From the NCBI GenBank assembly GCA_041687695.1, contig JAWLBL010000013.1, forward strand, positions 38,275-102,274: a stretch of DNA of 64,000 nt. The letters run 5' to 3'. The DNA comes from Myxococcota bacterium. Its GTDB lineage: Bacteria; Myxococcota_A; UBA9042; PHBI01; JAWLBL01. Under the pieces are notes generated by a model. The model had not been told where the DNA came from and did not search any database. It saw nothing but the letters and a program-made list of their open reading frames with translations. The position numbers and the translations under genes were made by a program. Positions within the stretch are counted from its first letter, which is position 1, and each line of letters opens with the position of its first letter. Of the stretch, positions 53,469-64,000 are shown one piece after another.

Positions 53469-54953
53469 TCAGGCCGCGCGCGATTCCTCGAAGTGCTCGC
53501 CGTCGTGGCTCCACAGGACGGTCTTGCCGTCCGACAGGGTCCGGATGTGGACCGGGCGGCTCCAGATCTTCGCGAGGTTCTTCAGGGTGTCGCGGCCGTA
53601 GTCGGTCTTGAGCTCCTGGCCGTCGAATTTGTGCCACAGGAGCAGCTCGCCGCGGTTTTTGTAGTTGGCGTCCTCGACGTAGATGACCGGCTGGCCGAAG
53701 TTGGTCAGCTGCGTCAGGAGCATCTGTTTGACCTTGGCGAACTCGCGGGTCTTGATCTCCCAGGCGTCGCTCTTGCGGTTGTAGCCGAAGGTGAAGAGCT
53801 TCTGGCGCTCGCAGAACTCGGGCGTCAGGAACTCGTCGAGGAACATGACGTCGTTGTAGATCTTGCGGACCTGGAAGATCTTCTCGCGGCCGAGCCCGAG
53901 CTGCTGGTCCCAGCTGAGCTTTCGTTCCATCTCCTCGCACCGGTCGTACTCGAGGCCGAAGCGGCCCTTGTTCCACCGGTCCTCGATGTCGCGGAACAGC
54001 TCGATGCCCAGCTTGTAGGGGTTGAGCTGGGTCTGGCTGGTCGCCATCGTACCCGAGTGGATGGAGCAGAAGTCGATGATCTCCGAGTCGTCGCAGACGT
54101 GCTCGGTCATGATCTTCGAGTGCCAGTAGCTCGCCCAGCCCTCGTTCATGATCTTGGTCATGCGCTGCGGGGCGAAGTAGTACGCCTCGTTGCGCACGAT
54201 CTCGAGGACCGTCCGCTGCCATCGCTCGAGCGGCGCGTGCTCGAGCAGGAACAGCATCACGTCGCGCTCGGGCTCGGGCGGCGTCTTCTTGCGCGCCTCC
54301 TCGTGCCGCTTGCGCAGCTCCTCGCGCTTTCGCTCGAGCTCGTCCTCGGGGTTGATGTACCGGTCCATGTACGAGCGCGCCGGGATCTTGCGCACCTCGG
54401 GCGGCGTGTCCTCGTCCTCGTCGATCCGGGCCCGCCGCGCCGAGTAGGGGCTGTGGAGATCGATGAGGTTGTCGATGGACAGGCACACGTCGATGAACGC
54501 CTCGACCTTCTCCTCGCCGTAGCGCTCGCTGATGCGGGCGAGCTTGGCCGCGTGGTTGGCCATCTGGTCGAGCATCTTGCGGTTGGTCCGCGAGAACCAC
54601 GCGTTGTTCTTGAAGAAGTCGCAGTGGGCGTAGACGTGGCCGATGACCAGCTTGTGGTCCACCAGCGCGTTGCCCTCGAGCAGGTAGGCGTAGCAGGGGT
54701 TGGTGTTGATCACCATCTCGTAGATCTTGTGCAGACCCCAGGCATAGCTCTTGCTCAGCCGCTCGTACTCCATGCCCCACTTCCAGTGCCGATAGCGCAC
54801 CGGGAAGCCGTCGTAGGCGGCGAGCATGTTCATCTGCTCGTAGGTGACCATTTCGAAGATGGTCGGGAAGAAGTCGAGGCCGAAGTTGCGAGCGACCTTC
54901 TCGATCTCGAGGATCCAGAAGCGGAGCTCGTCGGGGAGCTTGAGCGTCTGCAT
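53469..54953 (-). CDS. spoVR: SpoVR/YcgB-family protein
   Basis: FFPTIFEMVTYEQMNMLAAYDGFPVRYRHWKWGMEYERLSKSYAWGLHKIYEMVINTNPCYAYLLEGN...VIGHVYAHCDFFKNN. Confidence 0.9.
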   Translation of the reverse strand: MQTLKLPDELRFWILEIEKVARNFGLDFFPTIFEMVTYEQMNMLAAYDGFPVRYRHWKWGMEYERLSKSYAWGLHKIYEMVINTNPCYAYLLEGNALVDHKLVIGHVYAHCDFFKNNAWFSRTNRKMLDQMANHAAKLARISERYGEEKVEAFIDVCLSIDNLIDLHSPYSARRARIDEDEDTPPEVRKIPARSYMDRYINPEDELERKREELRKRHEEARKKTPPEPERDVMLFLLEHAPLERWQRTVLEIVRNEAYYFAPQRMTKIMNEGWASYWHSKIMTEHVCDDSEIIDFCSIHSGTMATSQTQLNPYKLGIELFRDIEDRWNKGRFGLEYDRCEEMERKLSWDQQLGLGREKIFQVRKIYNDVMFLDEFLTPEFCERQKLFTFGYNRKSDAWEIKTREFAKVKQMLLTQLTNFGQPVIYVEDANYKNRGELLLWHKFDGQELKTDYGRDTLKNLAKIWSRPVHIRTLSDGKTVLWSHDGEHFEESRAA

Positions 54954-54956
54954 GCG

Positions 54957-56072
<1,116 letters not shown>

Positions 56073-56075
56073 GCG

Positions 56076-58130
<2,055 letters not shown>

Positions 58131-58282
58131 TCAGTTCCCTCTACAGCTCCGTCAGCGCCATGATGGGGCCTCGGGTGGTTGCGGCACGCGGCCGCTCACC
58201 GGGCGACCCTGCCGAAAAGGGGATGCGGCGCCTCGCCCCCCCGCGTGGGGCGGAAGAAGGGCGAAAGGTCCGCGGCGAAGCG

Positions 58283-58311
58283 AAGTTAATGCGTCTCGGT
58301 CGTCGTCACAA
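58283..58311 (-). promoter_or_regulatory. possible prkA operon promoter
   Basis: The minus strand reads TTGTGA-N17-TAACTT, about 150 nt upstream of the prkA ATG. It overlaps the pgi 5' region on the other strand. Confidence 0.25.
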
Positions 58312-58324
58312 GCAGGAGACAACT

Positions 58325-59833
58325 ATGCACCCAGCCTACCTCGACCTGAACGATCTGGGCATGGCCCTCGACCTCCGGTGGATGCACATCCCGGACAAAC
58401 TGGTAGCCCGCCTGAGCGATTCCCTCGAACGCGTGCACCGCGAGATGGGCGACCTCGAAGCCGGCGCCATCGCCAACCCCGACGAGGGGCGCCAGGTCGG
58501 CCACTACTGGCTGCGAGCGCCCGAGCGCGCGCCGGATCCGGCCATCGCCGCCGCCATCCGACAGGTCCAGGCCGACATCGGCCGCTTCGTCGGCGCGCTA
58601 GACCGCCGCTTCCCCGACGTCCTGCTCGTCGGCATCGGCGGCTCCGCCCTGGGCCCGCAGCTCGTCGCGGACGCCCTGTCGACCCCGGGCGACCATCGCC
58701 GCGTCCACTTCCTGGACAACACCGACCCCGACGGCCTCGCCCGCGTCCTGGCCGGCCTCGACCTGAGCCGGACCCTGGTGGTCGTCGTCTCCAAGTCGGG
58801 CGGCACCCCCGAGACCCGCAACGGCTACCTGGCCACCCGCGCCGCCTTCCAGGCCGCCGACCTGGACTTCGCCCGCCACGCCGTGGCGGTCACCCAGGAG
58901 GGCAGCGCCCTCGACCGCGACGCCGTGGCAGGCGGCTGGCTCGCCCGCTTCCCCATGTGGGACTGGGTCGGCGGCCGGACGTCGGTCCTCTCGGCGGTCG
59001 GGCTGCTCCCGGCCGCGCTGCAGGGGCTCGACACCGCCGAGCTCTTGGCCGGAGCGCGGGCCATGGACGAGGTCACGCGCAGCCCCGACGTGGCCGCCAA
59101 CCCCGCCACCCTCCTGGCGCTGGCGTGGTACCAGGCGGGCGAGGGCCACGGCCGCAGGGCCATGGTCGTCTTGCCCTACAAGGACCGCCTGGCGCTGATG
59201 GCCCGCTACCTGCAACAGCTGGTCATGGAGTCGCTCGGCAAGGCGACCGATCGCCGCGGCGACACCGTCCACCAGGGGCTGACGGTCTACGGCAACAAGG
59301 GCTCCACCGATCAACACGCCTACGTGCAGCAGCTGCGCGAGGGCCCCGACGACTTCTTCGTCACCTTCATCGAGGTCCTCGAGGACGGCGGCGGGCCCGT
59401 GGGGTCGCTCGAGGTCGAGCCCCAGGTCACCATCGGCGACTACCTCAGCGGCTTTCTGGCCGGGACGCGCCGCGCGCTGGCCGACGTGGGCCGCAGCTCC
59501 ATCACGCTGACCCTCGACCGGGTCGACGCCTTCCGCGTGGGCGCCCTCATCGCCCTGTACGAGCGGGCCGTGGGCCTGTACGCCGGCCTCATCGAGATCA
59601 ACGCCTACCACCAGCCCGGCGTCGAGGCCGGCAAGAAGGCGGCCGGCGCCGTCCTCGCCCTGCAGCGCACGCTCCTCGGGCGCCTGGCCGAAGGTCACCG
59701 CGGCACCGCCGACGCGCTGGCCGCCGACCTGAAGGCCGACCCCGCCGACGTCCACCACGTCCTGCGCCACCTCGCCGCCAATGGGCGCATCACCCGGACG
59801 GGTCATGGCCTGGAGGCGATCTACGCCGCCTGA
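58325..59833 (+). CDS. pgi: glucose-6-phosphate isomerase
   Basis: The ATG at 58325 follows AGGAGA. Motifs: [10 protein letters not shown]...[14 protein letters not shown]...[17 protein letters not shown]...[12 protein letters not shown]...[18 protein letters not shown]...[12 protein letters not shown]. Confidence 0.92.
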   Translation: MHPAYLDLNDLGMALDLRWMHIPDKLVARLSDSLERVHREMGDLEAGAIANPDEGRQVGHYWLRAPERAPDPAIAAAIRQVQADIGRFVGALDRRFPDVLLVGIGGSALGPQLVADALSTPGDHRRVHFLDNTDPDGLARVLAGLDLSRTLVVVVSKSGGTPETRNGYLATRAAFQAADLDFARHAVAVTQEGSALDRDAVAGGWLARFPMWDWVGGRTSVLSAVGLLPAALQGLDTAELLAGARAMDEVTRSPDVAANPATLLALAWYQAGEGHGRRAMVVLPYKDRLALMARYLQQLVMESLGKATDRRGDTVHQGLTVYGNKGSTDQHAYVQQLREGPDDFFVTFIEVLEDGGGPVGSLEVEPQVTIGDYLSGFLAGTRRALADVGRSSITLTLDRVDAFRVGALIALYERAVGLYAGLIEINAYHQPGVEAGKKAAGAVLALQRTLLGRLAEGHRGTADALAADLKADPADVHHVLRHLAANGRITRTGHGLEAIYAA

Positions 59834-59857
59834 GCGGCGCACGCGCGAGCGCGCGGC

Positions 59858-59897
59858 GGTGCGAAGCGGCAGGCCCGTGTGCTCGCCGCTTCGCACC
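59858..59897 (+). terminator. 12-bp perfect stem-loop after pgi (terminator candidate, no U-tract)
   Basis: ggtgcgaagcgg-N16-ccgcttcgcacc begins 25 nt after the pgi stop. The downstream sequence is GC-rich. Confidence 0.4.
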
Positions 59898-59992
59898 CAC
59901 GCGGCCCGGAATGCGGGGCGATCAGATCCTTTCGCGGTCCCGCGCGTCCCCAGGCCTCCTCCGACGATCCCGGGACCCTCGAGGAGGCCGTC

Positions 59993-61411
59993 ATGTCACC
60001 GCTCCGTGTGCTTTTCCTGCTCACCGCGTCGCTGTGGGGCGCGAGCTGCGCGCAGCGCGTCTATCTGGTCCAGGGCGACGACGGCGCCTGGCACGAGGTG
60101 GCCGAGGCGCCGGCCCACGAGGGCTACATGGCCGTCACGACCGAGGACGGCCTGGGGGCGCTGGTCGCGGCCTCGAGCGAGTGGGTGCTGACCGACGGCG
60201 AGGACCCTCTGCTGCTCGAGGTGGCCCTGACCGGCGCCGAGGTCGTCGTGACCGAGCGCGAGCGCCCGCCGCTGAACCTGGCGCTCGTGGTCGACCGCTC
60301 CGGCTCGATGCACGGCGCCAAGATGGACGAGGCACGGGCCGCGGCACGCTGGGTCGTCGAGCGGCTGCGCGAGGACGATCGGGTGACCCTGGTGTCCTAC
60401 GCGACCGACGTCAGCGTCGACGTGCGGGCCGTGACGGTCGATCGTCGGGGCCGCGCCCGGTTGCTGGCGGCCATCGACGACCTCGAGGCGGCCGGCGGCA
60501 CGCACCTCGGCGGCGCGCTGGTGGCGGCGGCCGAGGAGGTGACGGACGCCTTCGATCCGGCGGCGCTCAACCACCTGATCCTGGTCTCGGACGGGCGACC
60601 GACCCTGGGCCCCACCGACGACGGCGCCATCCTGGCGGTGGCCGACCGGCTGGGGGCCCGCGGCGTGACGGTGACGACGATGGGCGTCGGGCTGGACTAC
60701 CACGAGGACCTCATGGCCGAGATCGCCCTGGTCAGCGGGGGCAACTACTACTACGTCGACGGCGGCACGCAGATGGCGCAGGTGTTCGGTCGCGAGCTGG
60801 AGCTGCTCGGCCGCACGGTCGCGCGGGACGCGGTCGTGACGCTCGAGCTGCCGCCGGGGGTGCGGGTGGCGCGCGTGCACGGCTACCGCTTCGAACAGCG
60901 CGGCCGGCAGGTGCAGGTGGCCGTGCGCGGCGTGGCCGCCGGGCGGGCGCGTCGCGTGCTGCTCGAGCTGGATCTCCCGTCCGGGCGGCCGGGGCAGGCG
61001 CTGGTCGTCGCCCAGGGGCGGGTCGAGTATCGCGGGGCGGCCGGCCGGCGGGACGTGGCCCTGCCGGCCGTCGAGGTGCGGTACACGACGGATCGGACCG
61101 CGGTGGCGCGCTCGTCGAACCGCGCGGTCCTGGAGAAGCACGACGCGGTGGCCAACGCCCGGGCGCGCGAGGAGGCCGTGCGGCGCATGGACGGCGGCGA
61201 CCGCGCCGGGGCGCAGCGGGTCCTCGAGCAGCGCGCCGGCGAGGGGCGGGCGGCCGAGCGGCGGACGGGCAGCGCCGCCATCGGGCGGGGGGCGAGCGAG
61301 ATCGAGCAGCTGCGGCGCGATCTGCAGGCGGCGCCGACGCCGGCGTCCGAGCGGTGGCAGCACCTGCGCAAGTCGCAGAAGGCGCGGGCGCTCGACGAGC
61401 GGCTGTATTGA
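59993..61411 (+). CDS. secreted von Willebrand factor A (MIDAS) domain protein with a helical C-terminal region
   Basis: The ATG at 59993 follows GAGGAGG. Signal-like N-terminus: MSPLRVLFLLTASLWGASC. vWA region: LNLALVVDRSGSMHGAKMDEA...VTLVSYATDV...GGTHLGGAL...LILVSDGRPTLG...VTVTTMGVGLDY. Confidence 0.8.
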   Translation: MSPLRVLFLLTASLWGASCAQRVYLVQGDDGAWHEVAEAPAHEGYMAVTTEDGLGALVAASSEWVLTDGEDPLLLEVALTGAEVVVTERERPPLNLALVVDRSGSMHGAKMDEARAAARWVVERLREDDRVTLVSYATDVSVDVRAVTVDRRGRARLLAAIDDLEAAGGTHLGGALVAAAEEVTDAFDPAALNHLILVSDGRPTLGPTDDGAILAVADRLGARGVTVTTMGVGLDYHEDLMAEIALVSGGNYYYVDGGTQMAQVFGRELELLGRTVARDAVVTLELPPGVRVARVHGYRFEQRGRQVQVAVRGVAAGRARRVLLELDLPSGRPGQALVVAQGRVEYRGAAGRRDVALPAVEVRYTTDRTAVARSSNRAVLEKHDAVANARAREEAVRRMDGGDRAGAQRVLEQRAGEGRAAERRTGSAAIGRGASEIEQLRRDLQAAPTPASERWQHLRKSQKARALDERLY

Positions 61412-61466
61412 CGTCGCGGCGGGCCGGGACGTGCGACGGGACCGCGTCGGCGCTATGCTCGCGGCG

Positions 61467-62522
61467 ATGCGGTGCCGCCTCCTCGCGCTCTCGATGACCC
61501 TCTCTGCCGCCCTGGCCTGGGGCTGCGCCGACGACGGCGGGCGCCCGCTGACGCTGCCCGAGCGCGACACGTCGGCCGGGGACGTCGCGCTGGGCGACGT
61601 GTGCCAGCCCGGCAAGTGGTACTGCGAGTCGCTGACCGTCAGCGCGCAGTGCAACGCGACCGGCGACGGGCCGAAGGCGACGACGCCCTGTGAGGCGGGG
61701 ACGGCCTGCTCGCCCGGGTCGGGCGCCTGCGTCAGCCAGATCTGCGCGCCGCACCAGACGATCTGCGCCAGCGACCAGAGCGTCGCCCGCTGCCGCGGCG
61801 ACGGCCTGGACGTCCTGCCCGCCGACCCGTGCGCCGAGGGGAGCTACTGCGTCGACGGCCACTGCGTCCTGGGTAGCTGCCTGGGGCACGTCATGGTGCT
61901 GCTCGATCGCTCGGGCAGCATGGACTGGCCGGTGGACGACGAGGATCCCTTGGGCCCTAACCGCTGGGCCGAGGTCCGCGATGCGCTGGTCGACCTGGTC
62001 GCGACCAACCCGGCCGCACGCTTCGGCATCACGGCCTTTCCCGGCTCGACAGGGACCTGCCATGCGACCAGCCAGCCCGAAATCTCGCTGACGACCTACA
62101 ATACGGCGGCCCGCTTCTCGCGCTGGTTCCACGACAACGCGCCCTACGGGTCCACGCCGCTGCTGCAGGCGATGCAGACCATGCGCGACCACGCCCCCGA
62201 CGTCTTCGGCCCCGGCGGCGGCACGCTGCTGGTCGTCTCGGACGGCGAGGACACCTGCGCCCACCCCGATCTCCTCGACCAGCCGAACCTGCGCATCAGC
62301 AACATCGCTAAGGCGCTCGAAGACGCGACCGCGACCCTGCTGGCCGAGCACGGCGTGAAGACCTTCGTCATCGGCTTCAACTACGAGGGCGAGGCGGCGG
62401 AGCTGGACGCCATCGCCCGCGCGGGCGGCACGGGTCGGACCGCCCACCTGCCGGCGAGCGACGCCCACGAGCTGTCGCAGGCGCTGGGCGCCGTCGTCAC
62501 CGACTGGAAGCTCTGCTTCTGA
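61467..62522 (+). CDS. lipoprotein with an N-terminal Cys-rich region and a vWA (MIDAS) domain
   Basis: The ATG at 61467 (alternative 61455) gives MRCRLLALSMTLSAALAWGC (lipobox). A Cys-rich stretch follows (CQPGKWYCESLTVSAQCNATG...CVDGHCVLGSC). vWA region: VMVLLDRSGSMDW...FGITAFPG...GSTPLLQAM...LLVVSDGEDTC...TFVIGF. Confidence 0.75.
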   Translation: MRCRLLALSMTLSAALAWGCADDGGRPLTLPERDTSAGDVALGDVCQPGKWYCESLTVSAQCNATGDGPKATTPCEAGTACSPGSGACVSQICAPHQTICASDQSVARCRGDGLDVLPADPCAEGSYCVDGHCVLGSCLGHVMVLLDRSGSMDWPVDDEDPLGPNRWAEVRDALVDLVATNPAARFGITAFPGSTGTCHATSQPEISLTTYNTAARFSRWFHDNAPYGSTPLLQAMQTMRDHAPDVFGPGGGTLLVVSDGEDTCAHPDLLDQPNLRISNIAKALEDATATLLAEHGVKTFVIGFNYEGEAAELDAIARAGGTGRTAHLPASDAHELSQALGAVVTDWKLCF

Positions 62523-62618
62523 GACCCGTGGTCGCGTAGACGGCCGCATCGTTGGTCGCCGGTGTGGGCGCTGCCATCCTCGGGGCGCTCCCCTCCCGCA
62601 CCCGAGGCCGCCCACGCG

Positions 62619-63977
62619 ATGCGCGTCAAGCTCGTCAAGCTCTGGGAACGGCTACACGCCAGCTACTGGTTCATCCCCGCCATCATGATGGTGCTGGCGA
62701 TCGGGCTGGCCTTCGCCATGGTGGCGGTCGACCGGTGGCTGGGGCTCGAGGACACCGACGTCAGCCTGGGTTGGACCTTCGAGGGGGGCCACGAGGGCGC
62801 GCGCGAGGTGCTCGGCGTCATCGCCGCCTCGATGATCGGCGTCGCCGGCGTCACGTTCTCCATCACCATCGTCGCCTTCTCGTTGGCCGCGACCCAGTTC
62901 GGCCCTCGCGTGCTCCGCAACCTGATGCGCGACCGCGGCAACCAGCTCACGCTGGGGGTCTTCCTGGCCACCTTCGTCTACGCCGTGCTGGTGCAACGCA
63001 CGGTGCGCGGCGGCGACGCCGAGTTCGTCCCCGACACGGCGGTCACCGTCGGCGTGCTCCTGGCCCTCGCCAGCATCGGCGTCCTCATCTACTTCATCCA
63101 CCACGCGGCCGAGTCGATCCAGGCGCCCACCCTGCTGGCCAACGTGGGGCGCGAGCTGGTCGAGGGCGTCGAGGTGATGCTCGGGGACCGCGTCGGGCTG
63201 CGGGTCACTGACGACTGGGACGAGTTCACGCCGCTGCGAGACGGGCTCCCCGCGGCCCTCGTCGACGAGCGCGCTTGCTTGCTGGCCCCTCGCTCCGGCT
63301 ACGTCCAGGGCCTGGATCTACGCAAGCTGCTCGAGTGCGCCACCGAACGCGATCTCGTCATCCGCGTCGTGCGGCGCCCGGGGCACTTCGTGCTCGCCGG
63401 TGATCCGCTGCTGGAGATCTGGCCGCGCGAGGGCGGCGAGCGCGTCCTGGGCCGGCTCGAGGACGACGTCGTGGTCGGCCGCTTTCGCACCCAGCAACAG
63501 GACCCGATGTTTGCGCTCAACCAGCTGGTGCAGGTCGCCCTGCGCGCGCTGTCGCCCAGCCTCAACGATCCGTTCACGGCGATGACCGCGTTGGACTGGA
63601 TCGGGGCGGGCCTCGCGCGGCTGGTCGAGGGGCCGGCGCCGGCGCCCTGGCGCTACGACGACGAGGGGCGGCTGCGGGTCATCGCCGACACGCCGTCGGT
63701 CGAGGAGTTCGCCGAGCGGGCGCTGGGCGGCATCCGAAACGCCTGCCGCGACAACCCGCTTGGGCTGCTGCACCTCATCCAGACGGTGCAGACCGCCGCG
63801 AACCACGCGACCAACGCGCACCAACGCGAGGTGCTGCGCGGTCACCTGACGGCCATCGAGCGCGACTCGCACCACGCCCACTTCGACCCCACCGACCGCC
63901 GCGCGGTGGACGAAGCGGTGCAGCGGGCGAACGACGCGCTGCAGGGCGTCGCCTCGCCACCGGCTCCGATCCACTGA
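62619..63977 (+). CDS. DUF2254-family membrane protein
   Basis: The ATG at 62619 gives MRVKLVKLWERLHASYWFIPAIMMVLAIGLAFAMVAV...IGVAGVTFSITIVAFSLAATQFGPRVLRNLMRDRGNQLTLGVFLATFVYAVLV. Four TM segments are followed by a soluble C-terminal domain. Confidence 0.7.
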   Translation: MRVKLVKLWERLHASYWFIPAIMMVLAIGLAFAMVAVDRWLGLEDTDVSLGWTFEGGHEGAREVLGVIAASMIGVAGVTFSITIVAFSLAATQFGPRVLRNLMRDRGNQLTLGVFLATFVYAVLVQRTVRGGDAEFVPDTAVTVGVLLALASIGVLIYFIHHAAESIQAPTLLANVGRELVEGVEVMLGDRVGLRVTDDWDEFTPLRDGLPAALVDERACLLAPRSGYVQGLDLRKLLECATERDLVIRVVRRPGHFVLAGDPLLEIWPREGGERVLGRLEDDVVVGRFRTQQQDPMFALNQLVQVALRALSPSLNDPFTAMTALDWIGAGLARLVEGPAPAPWRYDDEGRLRVIADTPSVEEFAERALGGIRNACRDNPLGLLHLIQTVQTAANHATNAHQREVLRGHLTAIERDSHHAHFDPTDRRAVDEAVQRANDALQGVASPPAPIH

Positions 63978-64000
63978 CCCGCGCAGCGTCTGGACAAAGG

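Noticed and set aside
58175-58200. Sigma54-type -24/-12 promoter (GGCACG...GC) between prkA and pgi
   Set aside because: The GG-to-GC spacing is off by one relative to TGGCACG-N4-TTGC. The TTGC element is absent. The orientation points toward pgi, not prkA.

Overview
Very GC-rich bacterial chromosome segment; third codon positions are almost always G/C. About 51 protein genes and one tRNA can be supported. The gene content suggests Myxococcota: many Cys-rich secreted lipoproteins, a GltJ/AgmX-like zinc-ribbon/GYF protein, a pseudokinase and a prkA operon. Most of the window is conserved housekeeping: an ATP synthase b'-b-delta-alpha block; gyrB; mfd-PPIase-surA-pdxA; an M16 peptidase pair; kynA; mazG-murJ; pgk-tpiA-secG-tRNA-Leu; lnt; an ECF sigma/anti-sigma pair; prkA-yeaH-spoVR; and pgi. 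No CRISPR array, transposase, integrase or recognisable defence system was seen. The many very long Arg/Gly/Pro-rich ORFs in the track are off-frame or antisense artefacts of the GC content. The observations most worth follow-up: (1) a DnaD-like protein plus a Zn-cluster DnaC/DnaI-type AAA+ ATPase packed directly behind gyrB; (2) a 26-bp perfect palindrome and an array of ATGACGC half-sites over the promoter of a phasin-like gene; (3) a minus-strand cluster of three paralogous small lipoproteins, a membrane-anchored pseudokinase and a FadL-type porin; (4) a codon-usage island carrying a Cys-rich-repeat lipoprotein fused to an FGE-sulfatase-type domain; (5) a degenerate LytM factor paired with a large 3-TM periplasmic protein; (6) the prkA-yeaH-spoVR module extended by a GT2 glycosyltransferase. 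All functional calls rest on motif recognition by eye. No database search was possible.
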